In this document: one piece after another, positions 52,276-52,665 of the stretch
Layout: each line of letters begins with the position of its first letter
How positions within the stretch are numbered: the first letter of the stretch is position 1
Assembly (NCBI GenBank): GCA_023389425.1
Contig: JAEWEK010000069.1
Span: 1 to 52,665, forward strand
Direction: 5' to 3'
DNA length: 52,665 nt
DNA from: Pseudomonadota bacterium
GTDB taxonomy: Bacteria; Pseudomonadota; Gammaproteobacteria; Burkholderiales; Burkholderiaceae_D
The notes under the pieces: model-generated
Database searches by the model: none
The model's input: the letters and a program-made list of their open reading frames with translations, nothing else
Told to the model about the DNA's origin: nothing
Position numbers and translations under genes: made by a program

Positions 52276-52665
52276 ATGCAGACCAAGGCAATCGTCCTGA
52301 ACAAGAATGGCGGCCCGGAAGTGCTGGAATACATCGACGTCGTCGTCGGCGATCCGGGGCCGGGCGAGGCGCGCGTGCGCCAGCACGCCATCGGCGTCAA
52401 TTTCATCGATGTGTATTTCCGCACCGGCCTGTATCCGATGCCATTGCCCTCTGGCCTGGGCCAGGAAGGCGCGGGCGTGGTCGAGGCGGTGGGCGCGGGC
52501 GTCACCCACGTCAAGCCGGGCGACCGCGTGGCCTATGCCGGCCGTCCCAACGGCGCCTACAGCCAGCTGCGCGTGATGCCGGCCGACATCCTGGTCAAGC
52601 TGCCGGACGAGATCCCGTTCGAGACCGCGGCCGCCGGCATGCTGCAGGGGCTGACGGTGTGGTAC
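52276..52665 (+). CDS. qor: NADPH:quinone oxidoreductase (zeta-crystallin MDR family), 3'-truncated by the window edge
   Basis: GGGAG RBS; MQTKAIVLNKNGGPEVLEY, AIGVNFIDVYFRTGLY, GLGQEGAGVV, GDRVAY, LQGLTV. Confidence 0.9.
   Translation, partial: MQTKAIVLNKNGGPEVLEYIDVVVGDPGPGEARVRQHAIGVNFIDVYFRTGLYPMPLPSGLGQEGAGVVEAVGAGVTHVKPGDRVAYAGRPNGAYSQLRVMPADILVKLPDEIPFETAAAGMLQGLTVWY

Overview
GC-rich betaproteobacterial chromosomal window; gene order and repeat families suggest Burkholderiales, probably Oxalobacteraceae/Massilia-like (inference). Left to right: the 3' part of a large RsaA-like RTX S-layer protein gene with its type I secretion operon and a stand-alone DUF4214 protein; trhO; a desaturase/acyltransferase pair; dnaE; an MFS transporter; a hybrid histidine kinase; an LPS cluster (two GT2, O-antigen ligase, msbA, waaF, VirK/YbjX); a GH1-RmlD fusion; a probably tungsten-dependent NAD-linked formate dehydrogenase operon (beta, alpha, fdhD, tupBCA); rng; a TPP riboswitch with thiC-S-G-D-E; maf-rlmH-rsfS-nadD-hemF-purD-yebC; DUF2182, a DMT transporter, mgsA and a partial qor. 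CGTC- and GTAG-type REP elements fill many intergenic gaps. The strongest hidden signal, not captured by the ORF track, is a low-GC two-gene module at 37832-38284 (-). It encodes a stand-alone ~76-aa colicin E3-like rRNase domain (WDALHGEIE...HLGALDPLTG) split by a 1-nt frameshift and overlapping a small acidic partner gene, i.e. a candidate toxin-antitoxin/defence-type system with no delivery domain. Other hidden items: a ~100-bp relic of an oxalate/formate-antiporter-type MFS gene upstream of the FDH operon, a near-perfect CRP box upstream of the T1SS operon, and helically phased GTAA repeats upstream of the VirK/YbjX gene. All family calls are by recognition of motifs; no database searches were run.
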